From positions 1 through 48,827 of the forward strand of contig CAZSSQ010000003.1 of assembly GCA_964609465.1 (NCBI GenBank): a stretch of 48,827 nt of DNA. Direction: 5' to 3'. The DNA comes from an uncultured Dehalococcoidia bacterium (lineage in GTDB: Bacteria; Chloroflexota; Dehalococcoidia; DSTF01; JALHUB01). The position numbers and the translations under genes were made by a program. The notes below the pieces were generated by a model. The model searched no databases. It worked only from the letters and a program-made list of their open reading frames with translations, and was not told the origin of the DNA. The number at the start of each line of letters is the position of its first letter. The stretch's first letter is position 1. Below, piece after piece: positions 27,155 through 34,533 of the stretch.

Positions 27155-28624
27155 CTACCCAGCCGCTTCCATGCCTGCCAGGACCTCGGCGGCCCTGCCT
27201 GCCGGACGGGCACGAGCAGTCGGGGCAGCCGGCGCTTCCGTCTCTTGGGACCCCTGCGCTGCCGCCCGAACCACCATCTTCGATAGGAGGTGGACCAGCA
27301 CCAGGTGAGCGCCTTCCACCTGCCCGTACTCATAGCTGTCAATGACCAGTGCGGCGTCGGCCAGACGCTTGAGCCGGCCACCGCCAAAGCCCGTGAGAGC
27401 GATGACGGCCAGGCCCATGTTTCGGGCTTCCTTCGCGGCCGCCAGGATGTTGGGCGAGTTGCCGCTGGCTGAGACGGCCACCAGGACATCGCCGGGACGA
27501 GCATAGGCCCGCAACTGGGCAGCGAAGGACTCCTCGTAGCAGGAGTCGTTGGCCCAGGCCGTCAGTTGGGGCACGTTGTCGCTCAGGGAGAAGGCGCGCA
27601 GGGGAGGCCCGCCGTTCTGCAGCGTGCTGCGCGCCAGGTCGCCGGCCAGGTGACTGGCGGTGGCAGCGCTGCCGCCGTTGCCCACAGCGAAGACGGCTCC
27701 TTGACGCCGGTGCGCCGTCACCAGCAAGAACACGGCCGCCTCCACGTCCAGGGAATCGACACGCTCCAAGACAGCACGCGCCTCCGCCAGGAAACCGTTG
27801 ATGACGCCCCTGGCCCCGTTCGGCCCATGGCTGGGCTTCGGAGCCGTTACCGTCGAGGGGGCCTGTCGCCGAGCTGGGAAGGGGATGACAGCGCCGTTCC
27901 GGCCATTGTGCCCGTTCAGAGCCAGGGAGGGGAGCATGACCTGCGCCAGGGCGTAGCGCTCGGGCGAGCCGATGTCCAGCACCTGCCCCACTCCTTCCAG
28001 GCCGTAGACGGGCAGGCCCTTGTTGATGAGGCACGGGAACAGGTCGTGGCCCAGGTCGCTGGGAGGACCTTCGGGGATCTCAGCCAGGACCGAGGGCTCA
28101 AAGACGTAGATGCCGGCGGAGGCCAGGTTCGTGAAGCGACGGCTCCGGGGCGGCTTCTCCTCGAAGCGGAAGATGCGCCCGTCGGGGGCGGCGTCCACCA
28201 GGCCGGCACGACCGGGCTCCTCCACTCGGTGGAGGGCCGTGGTGGCCACGGCGCCACGCCAGCGGTGGTACTCGACCAGCGACGTCAGGTCAGTGTCCGT
28301 AAGCAGGTCGCCGCAGAGAACGATGAAGGTATCATCCAGGAAGGAAGCCATCCTCCTCAGGGCGCCGGCTGTCCCCAAGAGATGCTTCTCAAGGGAGTAG
28401 GCGATCTTCACCCCCAGGCCGGAGCCATCGCCGAAGTGGCTGGTTACCGCCTCGGGGCGGTAGTGGAGGTTGATGGCCACTTCCCTAACGCCGTGGCTGC
28501 ACAACAGCTTCAGGAGATGCTCCAGCAGCGGCCTCCCCCCTACGGGCAGCATGGGCTTGGGGCAGTGTTCTGTGAGAGGCCGCAGGCGGGTTCCTTCGCC
28601 AGCGGCCAGGATCATCGCCTTCAT
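27155..28624 (-). CDS. Bifunctional fusion: sugar-1-phosphate nucleotidyl(guanylyl)transferase (HddC-like) + SIS-domain phosphoheptose isomerase (GmhA-like)
   Basis: 489 aa from ATG 28624 (ATGA overlap with the gmhB stop). N-terminal: MKAMILAAGEGTRLRPLTEHCPKPMLPVGGRPLLEH. C-terminal: VFAVGNGGSAATASHLAGDL...VLVAVSASGNSPNILAAAKEARNMGLAVIALTG. The upstream 168 codons of the ORF overlap gmhB and were discarded. Confidence 0.8.
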   Translation of the reverse strand: MKAMILAAGEGTRLRPLTEHCPKPMLPVGGRPLLEHLLKLLCSHGVREVAINLHYRPEAVTSHFGDGSGLGVKIAYSLEKHLLGTAGALRRMASFLDDTFIVLCGDLLTDTDLTSLVEYHRWRGAVATTALHRVEEPGRAGLVDAAPDGRIFRFEEKPPRSRRFTNLASAGIYVFEPSVLAEIPEGPPSDLGHDLFPCLINKGLPVYGLEGVGQVLDIGSPERYALAQVMLPSLALNGHNGRNGAVIPFPARRQAPSTVTAPKPSHGPNGARGVINGFLAEARAVLERVDSLDVEAAVFLLVTAHRRQGAVFAVGNGGSAATASHLAGDLARSTLQNGGPPLRAFSLSDNVPQLTAWANDSCYEESFAAQLRAYARPGDVLVAVSASGNSPNILAAAKEARNMGLAVIALTGFGGGRLKRLADAALVIDSYEYGQVEGAHLVLVHLLSKMVVRAAAQGSQETEAPAAPTARARPAGRAAEVLAGMEAAG

Positions 28625-29235
28625 GGTGCATACCTCCCTGAAGCCTTGAACGCTTCCGTGGATGCCTGCGTTTTCACGACATCGTCGCCGCCCCAGGAGA
28701 CGATGGCCTGCGCCGCCGCCAGCAGGTCGCGAGCGACCAGGAAGGGGCCCAGGCCGGCCGCCCGCGCCAGGGGCAGGGCACGACGGCCGCGGCCTGTCAG
28801 CACCAGGATGGGCACGGCGCAGCCAGCAGCGCGGGCCGCCGCGATGTCGTCCACCCAGTCGCCGATGACGCAGGTATCGGTCGGGGCCACGCCCAGGCGG
28901 CGGCCGGCCTCGATGAGCAAACCGGGTTGCGGCTTGCGACAGACGCAGCCCTCTTCCGGAGCGTGGGGACAGCAGAGCACAGCGTCGATACGGGCGCCGC
29001 CTTCGGCTAGGGCCGATACCATGCGGGCGTTGAGCTCCTCCACCTCCGCGGCGGAGGCCAGCCCCCGGCCGACGACGGCCTGGTTGGTGACCACGGCCAG
29101 CCGGTATCCGGCCGCCGTCAACTGACAAAGTCCCTCCAGGACTCCCGGCAGGAGGCGAAACTGGCTCCAGGAGGTCACATAACCCTCGTGGTCAACGTTG
29201 ATCACGCCGTCACGATCGAGAAGAACTGCCTTCAC
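28621..29235 (-). CDS. gmhB: D-glycero-D-manno-heptose 1,7-bisphosphate phosphatase (HAD family)
   Basis: MKAVLLDRDGVIN (DxDG), VVTNQ, CPHAPEEGCVCRKPQPGLL (GmhB Zn-loop/RKP motif) and GDWVDD. Confidence 0.85.
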   Translation of the reverse strand: MKAVLLDRDGVINVDHEGYVTSWSQFRLLPGVLEGLCQLTAAGYRLAVVTNQAVVGRGLASAAEVEELNARMVSALAEGGARIDAVLCCPHAPEEGCVCRKPQPGLLIEAGRRLGVAPTDTCVIGDWVDDIAAARAAGCAVPILVLTGRGRRALPLARAAGLGPFLVARDLLAAAQAIVSWGGDDVVKTQASTEAFKASGRYAP

Positions 29236-31157
29236 CCCATCGGCTCTACCTCAAACCGAAGCACCAGCTCCGCGTCCCGCCGGAGGTCCAGGGTAAGTGC
29301 CGATACCGGGCCTTGGCTCTTGCCGTCCACCTCCAGCGACAGCGCTCGGCCGCCCTGGGGCAGCGAGAAGCTCACCTGGAGCGGCATGGGCGCCGCCCCC
29401 GGCTGCTTCTGGATGAACAGCCGGTACTCCCAGTAGCCCGGCCCCGTATCGACGATGGTGGGGGAGACGTACTCGATCTGGAGGGCCTTGTCCTGGCCCG
29501 AGGGCAGGGCGAAGAACCGGCCGAAGACGGTCTTGCCGTCTTCCTCGGAGATCTCCTCCACGCCGATACTCCGTCCCCGCTCGGTGGCAGCAACAAGGTG
29601 GCTCTCAGGCGGTGTCAGCAGGCGAACGTAGCCGCCGTAGGTGCCGCCCAGCATAAGCCGGCGCACCAGCTCCGGGTCGCGGCCCTCCTGCCAGCGCGGC
29701 AGGTTGTTCACGTAACCCAGGGTGACCTGGTGGCGGGCATTCCCCAGCTCATCCAGGGTCACGTCCAGGCGGACGGTCTGCTCGATGGCTATGTTCAGCT
29801 TCGTGCTGTTGACGCTGGCGTCGACGACCATCAGGTAGTCGCCAGGGACGTCGCGGAGGCCACCGTCCCAGCCCATCTCCCCCACCAGGCGCTGCTCATT
29901 GGCGTCATTCAGGTAGATGAGGAGGTCCTTGCTGTCGCCAACCTCCTCCAGTGTGTCCAGGAGAGGGGACCATTGGGAGGGCTGGGCGTGGAGGACGCGC
30001 TCCAGCACCTCGTCGGCGATGAGGGCGACGATGGCCTTGCGGTCATCGCCCGGGTGGGCAGGGCTGCGGGTGTGGGCCTCGATAACGTCCAGCGCGTTCT
30101 CGCTGGTCACGCGCACCCCGTACTCGGGCACGTCCACGGGCCCCGTGACGCCGAGGAGCCTCTCCAGGGTAGTGACGGTGATGCCGATGACGCCGTCTAC
30201 CGGCTGGCCGCCGCCCGCCTCAAAGAACCACTGGGCCTGGCGGGCCGCCGTCGGGAAGTCAGGCGACCAGTTGGCCAGGGCCAGGTTCCAGCTCCAGCCC
30301 TTCAGCAGGTAGTTGGCCAGGGGGCCCGGCGGCGTCGCGTAGTTGCCAGCCTTCGTCCAGCGCTCGCTGAAGGCAACGGCGTCCTCGAAGAACATCTTCT
30401 CGATGCGCCCCTCCCGGACGGTGATGAGGCCGTAAACGGAGATGAGCCCTCCGGTCGGCAGGATCTCGGCGTTGTTCTGGGCCAGCACCAGGTAGGTCCG
30501 GGGGCCGGAGAAGCCGAGCACCGAGGGCACCAGCTCCTGGGCACGCCGGTAGTCCTGCGCCAGCTCACGAACCCGCTCTCGCTGTTCGTCCAGCTCGCGG
30601 ACAGCGGCTGCCAGAGGGGGCAGGAGACCGTGTTCGTCGATGCGGTCTCGATGCTCGTCTATGGCGGCCAGGCACGACTCCAGTGAGTCCATTTCGGGCC
30701 TCGCGCGCTCCAGCAGCACCACCGATTTCTCCGGAAGGGTGCCCCCCTCTTCCATGCGCACGGCGTCGAAGTCGCGGGCGGCCTCTACTGCCAGGCGGCC
30801 CGCCAGGCTAGCCTCGACGCCGATCTCCATCATTTCCCGACCCGCCTCTACCTGGTCTGAGGCCCGGGGGACAAGGCCAGCCACCTTCAGGAAGGGGTCG
30901 CGGTCCAGGCGGCGCTGAGCCGAATGGAAGAGCTGGCCCGCCCGGACCAGGCGATCATCGGCCTGGGCCAGGTCCTCCTCGCCGACATCCAGCCGGCTGG
31001 TTTCGAGGATGTCCTGAGCTTCGAGCAGCAGGCTCCGCCCCTCTGCCACGTCGGCGTAGAGAGCCCGGTAGTGGAGGCCCAGAGCAACGGCGAGGAAAAG
31101 CGTCCCTGCCGCGAGGCCAAGAGCCATCCACGATCTGGCCCGCATCCTCCTGAGCAC
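29232..31157 (-). CDS. DUF4012-domain membrane-anchored protein
   Basis: 641 aa with an N-terminal TM helix (WMALGLAAGTLFLAVALGL). YLVLAQNNAEILPTGGLISVYGLI matches the DUF4012 NNAE.R.TGG signature as I remember it. 4-nt overlap with gmhB. Confidence 0.65.
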   Translation of the reverse strand: MLRRMRARSWMALGLAAGTLFLAVALGLHYRALYADVAEGRSLLLEAQDILETSRLDVGEEDLAQADDRLVRAGQLFHSAQRRLDRDPFLKVAGLVPRASDQVEAGREMMEIGVEASLAGRLAVEAARDFDAVRMEEGGTLPEKSVVLLERARPEMDSLESCLAAIDEHRDRIDEHGLLPPLAAAVRELDEQRERVRELAQDYRRAQELVPSVLGFSGPRTYLVLAQNNAEILPTGGLISVYGLITVREGRIEKMFFEDAVAFSERWTKAGNYATPPGPLANYLLKGWSWNLALANWSPDFPTAARQAQWFFEAGGGQPVDGVIGITVTTLERLLGVTGPVDVPEYGVRVTSENALDVIEAHTRSPAHPGDDRKAIVALIADEVLERVLHAQPSQWSPLLDTLEEVGDSKDLLIYLNDANEQRLVGEMGWDGGLRDVPGDYLMVVDASVNSTKLNIAIEQTVRLDVTLDELGNARHQVTLGYVNNLPRWQEGRDPELVRRLMLGGTYGGYVRLLTPPESHLVAATERGRSIGVEEISEEDGKTVFGRFFALPSGQDKALQIEYVSPTIVDTGPGYWEYRLFIQKQPGAAPMPLQVSFSLPQGGRALSLEVDGKSQGPVSALTLDLRRDAELVLRFEVEPMG

Positions 31158-31250
31158 TTCCCTGCCCTCATGGGGGCTCGAGGCGGGGGTACTCGTAGCC
31201 CGCCCTGAGCCCCTAAGGCTAGCCGAACGAAAGAGTGTGCGCTGTCTCTC

Positions 31251-31799
31251 TTAGCTGGAGCGACGAGAGCCCACCCGGCGGACGCCCACTGCGGCCAGCG
31301 CCAGAACGACGCCGGCGGCCAGGGCGACCAGCCACGGGAAGGACCCGCCACTCGAGGCCATCGACCCTTCACCCGTGGCGGGCAGAGACACAGCCTGGGC
31401 AGCGCCAGCGACCACGCTGGTCAGCGCCGAGAGCTCGCCGCACTGAGCCTGAACACTGATGAGGCCCGGCGTGCTGCCGACGTCCAGCGTCGTCTCAGCC
31501 ATGCCGACGGCGTCAGTGGCGACCGGCCCGGCCACGACGTAGGCGTCGGTGCCCGGCTGCTCTGTGATGGCGAACGAGCAGGACGCGCCAGCCACCGGAG
31601 CCCCTGTCGGGCTAACGATCTGGACGCCGAGGACGACGCTCTCGCCGACCGCAGGCGCCGCACTGGAGACCGACAGGGTGACACTGCCGGTGGGCGGCGG
31701 GTACTGCGCCTGAGCGCCGCCGGGAAGGGCCATCCAGGCCACCAGGGCGCCCAGCGCCAGCACGATACCGCTCCGTGCCCACCTCCATATGCCTTTCAT
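31251..31799 (-). CDS. Secreted Ig-like-domain protein with C-terminal LPXTG-type cell-wall sorting signal
   Basis: Signal peptide MKGIWRWARSGIVLALGALVAWMALPGGAQA, one beta-rich Big-like domain, then LPATG + hydrophobic WLVALAAGVVLALAAVGV + RRVGSRRSS. AAGGAGG RBS. Confidence 0.75.
   Translation of the reverse strand: MKGIWRWARSGIVLALGALVAWMALPGGAQAQYPPPTGSVTLSVSSAAPAVGESVVLGVQIVSPTGAPVAGASCSFAITEQPGTDAYVVAGPVATDAVGMAETTLDVGSTPGLISVQAQCGELSALTSVVAGAAQAVSLPATGEGSMASSGGSFPWLVALAAGVVLALAAVGVRRVGSRRSS
31254..31385 (-). other. Sortase sorting signal (LPATG, TM helix, basic tail)
   Basis: CTGCCCGCCACGGGT = LPATG at 31371-31385 (minus strand), followed by 39 residues ending RRVGSRRSS. Confidence 0.75.
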
Positions 31800-31821
31800 G
31801 ACTACCTCCTTTCCCTACGAT

Positions 31822-32469
31822 TCAGATTCGTTCCGCCCGCACCACCAGCCGGTTGCTGTAGTTCCGGGACCCGCTGTCGAAGGTGCCGCCGCAAGTGATG
31901 AGGGTGACAACCTCCTTGCTCGTGGGCCCCACGATCTCCGACACCGGCGCCATGCGAGCGTCGTAGGACAACTTGAGGGACACCTGGTAGCGCAGGACTG
32001 AGCCATCAGCCAGACGCATCTCGACGATGTCCCCTTGGCTTAGCTCGTTCAGCCGCCAGAAGACGGCCGCGCCGTAGTTGTGATAGTCCAGGTGGCCGGA
32101 GAGGACGGCGTTGCCGGCCATCCCCGGCCGGGCCGTGAAGTTGTACCAGGCCACATCCTCCGGCCCATCGGGCACGTCCATGACCGCATCGGCCCGCAGA
32201 CCCTTCACTGTGACGGGGGCGTCCACGCCGATGGCGGGTATCAGCAGGCGGACAGGGGGCGCCGTTACGGGTGAGGGGACGGGAGTGATCGTTGGCTTCA
32301 CCGTCGCCGTGGGCCGGGGCGCCACTGTGGGCACCACCAACAGCTCCGGCGCTGGCGAGCCACCACCGAAATTGCCTGCCAGCACCCAGACCGCGGCGCC
32401 CACCACGGCCACCAGGGCTGCTGTGGCCAGCACCCACCTCCAGCGAGCCCGACTGGGCATCCATGTCAC
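31822..32469 (-). CDS. Sortase-family transpeptidase
   Basis: 215 aa with an N-terminal TM anchor. Catalytic triad context: LSGHLDY (His), TLITCGG (Cys), NRLVVRAE (Arg). It lies 22 nt upstream of the LPATG protein gene. Confidence 0.8.
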   Translation of the reverse strand: MTWMPSRARWRWVLATAALVAVVGAAVWVLAGNFGGGSPAPELLVVPTVAPRPTATVKPTITPVPSPVTAPPVRLLIPAIGVDAPVTVKGLRADAVMDVPDGPEDVAWYNFTARPGMAGNAVLSGHLDYHNYGAAVFWRLNELSQGDIVEMRLADGSVLRYQVSLKLSYDARMAPVSEIVGPTSKEVVTLITCGGTFDSGSRNYSNRLVVRAERI

Positions 32470-32595
32470 TTTCTGCCTACTCCTCAGGTGGCAAGCCCGG
32501 CCTGCCGGATACCTCTAAAGGGTTATCGGCAGGGCCGCCGAATCTTTGGGTAAGGCATCACCCTTATTCCTGACCGCCCGGCAGCCTCGAGGATG

Positions 32596-32622
32596 CAAGC
32601 GCCGCACCCAGGTTGGCGCTTG
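32596..32622 (-). terminator. Stem-loop just after the BY-kinase stop (no U-tract)
   Basis: CAAGCGCC-(11 nt)-GGCGCTTG is an 8-bp perfect stem 19 nt downstream of the stop at 32641. No T-run follows, so it may be a weak terminator or a processing/stability element. Confidence 0.25.
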
Positions 32623-32640
32623 TCCTCGCCTCTGCCAGCC

Positions 32641-34053
32641 CTAGGCGGCCCTCTTCTCCGCACCGACAGGCTCCTCCGTTGAACGCGGTGTACGCGCACG
32701 CGATGACTTGCGCTTACGAGCGGTATCATCGGCGTGGTAGTAGTGACGGTAGCCGGGAGCCGCCCGGCGGCCTGCCTTGTTAAGGACAACCCCCAACAGG
32801 CGGTCGGTGGCCCTGCTCAGTCCGTCCACGGCCTGGCGCAGGGCAGCGGAGCGGGTGCGACCGGCTTCCGCCACCAGAACCGTGCCGTCGGCCAGGGCCG
32901 CCAGGAGAGTGGCATCGGTGACCACCAGGGCGGGTGGGCTGTCCATGATCACCGCGTCCGCCTCCCGTCGCATCGCCTCCATCAGGTCGCGCATGCGCGA
33001 AGAGGAGAGAAGCTCCGAAGGGTTGGGCGGCAGTGGGCCGCTCGTCAGCACCGAAAGGCTGTCAAACCCGCTCGGCTGGATGCAGGAGCGGGCGCCGTTG
33101 CCGGAGAGGAGAGCGCTCGTGAGGCCCACCCTGTTCTCCAGGTTGAAGATCTGGTGCAGAGAGGGCTTGCGCAGGTCGCCATCCACCAGCACCACTCGTT
33201 TGCCAGCGGAGGCCATGGTCACCGCCAGGTTGGCGGCTGTGGTGGACTTGCCGTCGCCGGCGTTCGGACTGGTTACCAGCAGGACTTGCCCCAGCCGGTC
33301 CATGGTGGCGAACTGGACACTGGTACGGATGGCGCGATAGGCCTCGGCGGCCGGGCTCCGCGACCCGTAGCCGCTCACGGGCTCGCGGGACCTCCGCCGA
33401 CCGAAACGCGCCACCATGCCCAGGGTAGTGAGGCCCGCCAGCCGTTCCACGTCCTGTTCGGACTTCACCGTGTCGTCCAGGTACTCCATGAGGAGAACCA
33501 GGCCAGCAGCCACCACCAGGCCAGCGATGAGGCCCAGAACCACGCTAAGGCCGACCTGGGGCTTGACGGGGCTGGTGGGCATCGTTGCCAGCTCCACCAC
33601 GCTGACGCTGCCTGGCCGGCTCAAGTCCTTCATGTCGTTCTCAGCGATGAAGGCCTGCGCAGTGGCATTGGCCAGGATGGTGGACAGGGCGGGGTCGTCG
33701 CTCTCCACGGACAGGCGCAGAAGCTGTGTGTCCCGTATCACGCTGACGCTGACCATGTCGCGCAGGGTCTCAGCGTCTTTGGGCTGCCCGACGAGGCTGA
33801 TGACCTCTTCCAGCACCGGCCGCTTGGTGACGAGCTCGCTGTAGGTCTTGGTGAGGCGCTCGCTGGTCAGGATGTCGTTGTAGGCGATGACGCCAGGGGT
33901 CTGGGTCTGGTTGATTAGGAGAGTCGTCGATGCCCGATAGATGGGCGTCATGGCTTTGCTGACGACGTAGCTGGCGCCGCCGCCAAGGGCAATACCCAGC
34001 AACAGCAACCACCACCACCGTCGCAGAATAGCGAGAAGTCTGGCCGCCTCCAC
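32641..34053 (-). CDS. Polysaccharide co-polymerase (Wzz domain) fused to BY-type tyrosine autokinase (Wzc/CapAB-like)
   Basis: N-terminal Wzz segment LLRRWWWLLLLGIALGG...YRASTTLLINQ and a second TM. Walker A SPNAGDGKST, A' VVLVDGDLRKP, B AVIMDSPP. C-terminal Tyr patch YRHYYH. GTG start behind AGGAGGG. Confidence 0.85.
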   Translation of the reverse strand: MEAARLLAILRRWWWLLLLGIALGGGASYVVSKAMTPIYRASTTLLINQTQTPGVIAYNDILTSERLTKTYSELVTKRPVLEEVISLVGQPKDAETLRDMVSVSVIRDTQLLRLSVESDDPALSTILANATAQAFIAENDMKDLSRPGSVSVVELATMPTSPVKPQVGLSVVLGLIAGLVVAAGLVLLMEYLDDTVKSEQDVERLAGLTTLGMVARFGRRRSREPVSGYGSRSPAAEAYRAIRTSVQFATMDRLGQVLLVTSPNAGDGKSTTAANLAVTMASAGKRVVLVDGDLRKPSLHQIFNLENRVGLTSALLSGNGARSCIQPSGFDSLSVLTSGPLPPNPSELLSSSRMRDLMEAMRREADAVIMDSPPALVVTDATLLAALADGTVLVAEAGRTRSAALRQAVDGLSRATDRLLGVVLNKAGRRAAPGYRHYYHADDTARKRKSSRARTPRSTEEPVGAEKRAA

Positions 34054-34456
34054 GCTGTCTACCCTCCTGGCGCCAGCGTCATCGGCGAACGGGGAGGAAA
34101 TGGGGGTCGCCGACTCCTTGGCGCAGATTCAATCCTCGTGCCGGGACCTGCCCCGACTCTTGTGACGGGCACAGCTCCCCGTCGATAGCGTGAAGCGGCA
34201 CCCGATGTCTTATATCGGCAGTCTTCGGCCAATCTGTAGATGTTTGGACGATCACTTGTGGCCAAAGGAGTACGCCGGGGAGAGGAAAGGGGTATCCCTC
34301 AGGGCAGTGGGAACGGAAATGGCTGGTTCATCTTCCTCCGACCATCCCCAGAGGCAGCCAACATGTAGTAAACTACGCTCGGACGGTCAGGGGGCGAGAG
34401 GCGCAAGTCTGCGCCGGCCGGTGGGCTGGTCACGGCAAGTTGAGACGCCAGACCCC

Positions 34457-34485
34457 TTGACGGCGGGACGCCGACCTGTCAGATT
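34457..34485 (+). promoter_or_regulatory. Candidate sigma-70-type promoter for the ABC importer operon
   Basis: TTGACG (34457-34462), a 17-nt spacer, then CAGATT (34480-34485), about 50 nt upstream of the ATPase start. The -10 element is weak. Confidence 0.25.
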
Positions 34486-34533
34486 CTCTGCAGAGCATCG
34501 CAGGCCGGCCGTGTGCGACCCCTGTTTGAAACC

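Noticed and set aside
28625-29128. The N-terminal 168 codons of the 657-aa ORF that contains the nucleotidyltransferase-SIS fusion.
   Set aside because: This part overlaps the clearly genuine gmhB in another frame and is Arg/Gly/Pro-rich. The canonical MKAMILAAGEGTRLRP start is at 28624, with an ATGA overlap to the gmhB stop.
26114-29235. Interpreting the heptose genes as the ADP-L-glycero-beta-D-manno-heptose (LPS inner-core) pathway.
   Set aside because: The kinase is GHMP type rather than the RfaE/HldE ribokinase type. The transferase is a generic sugar-1-P nucleotidyltransferase of the HddC type. No HldD epimerase or core heptosyltransferase (GT9) is present.
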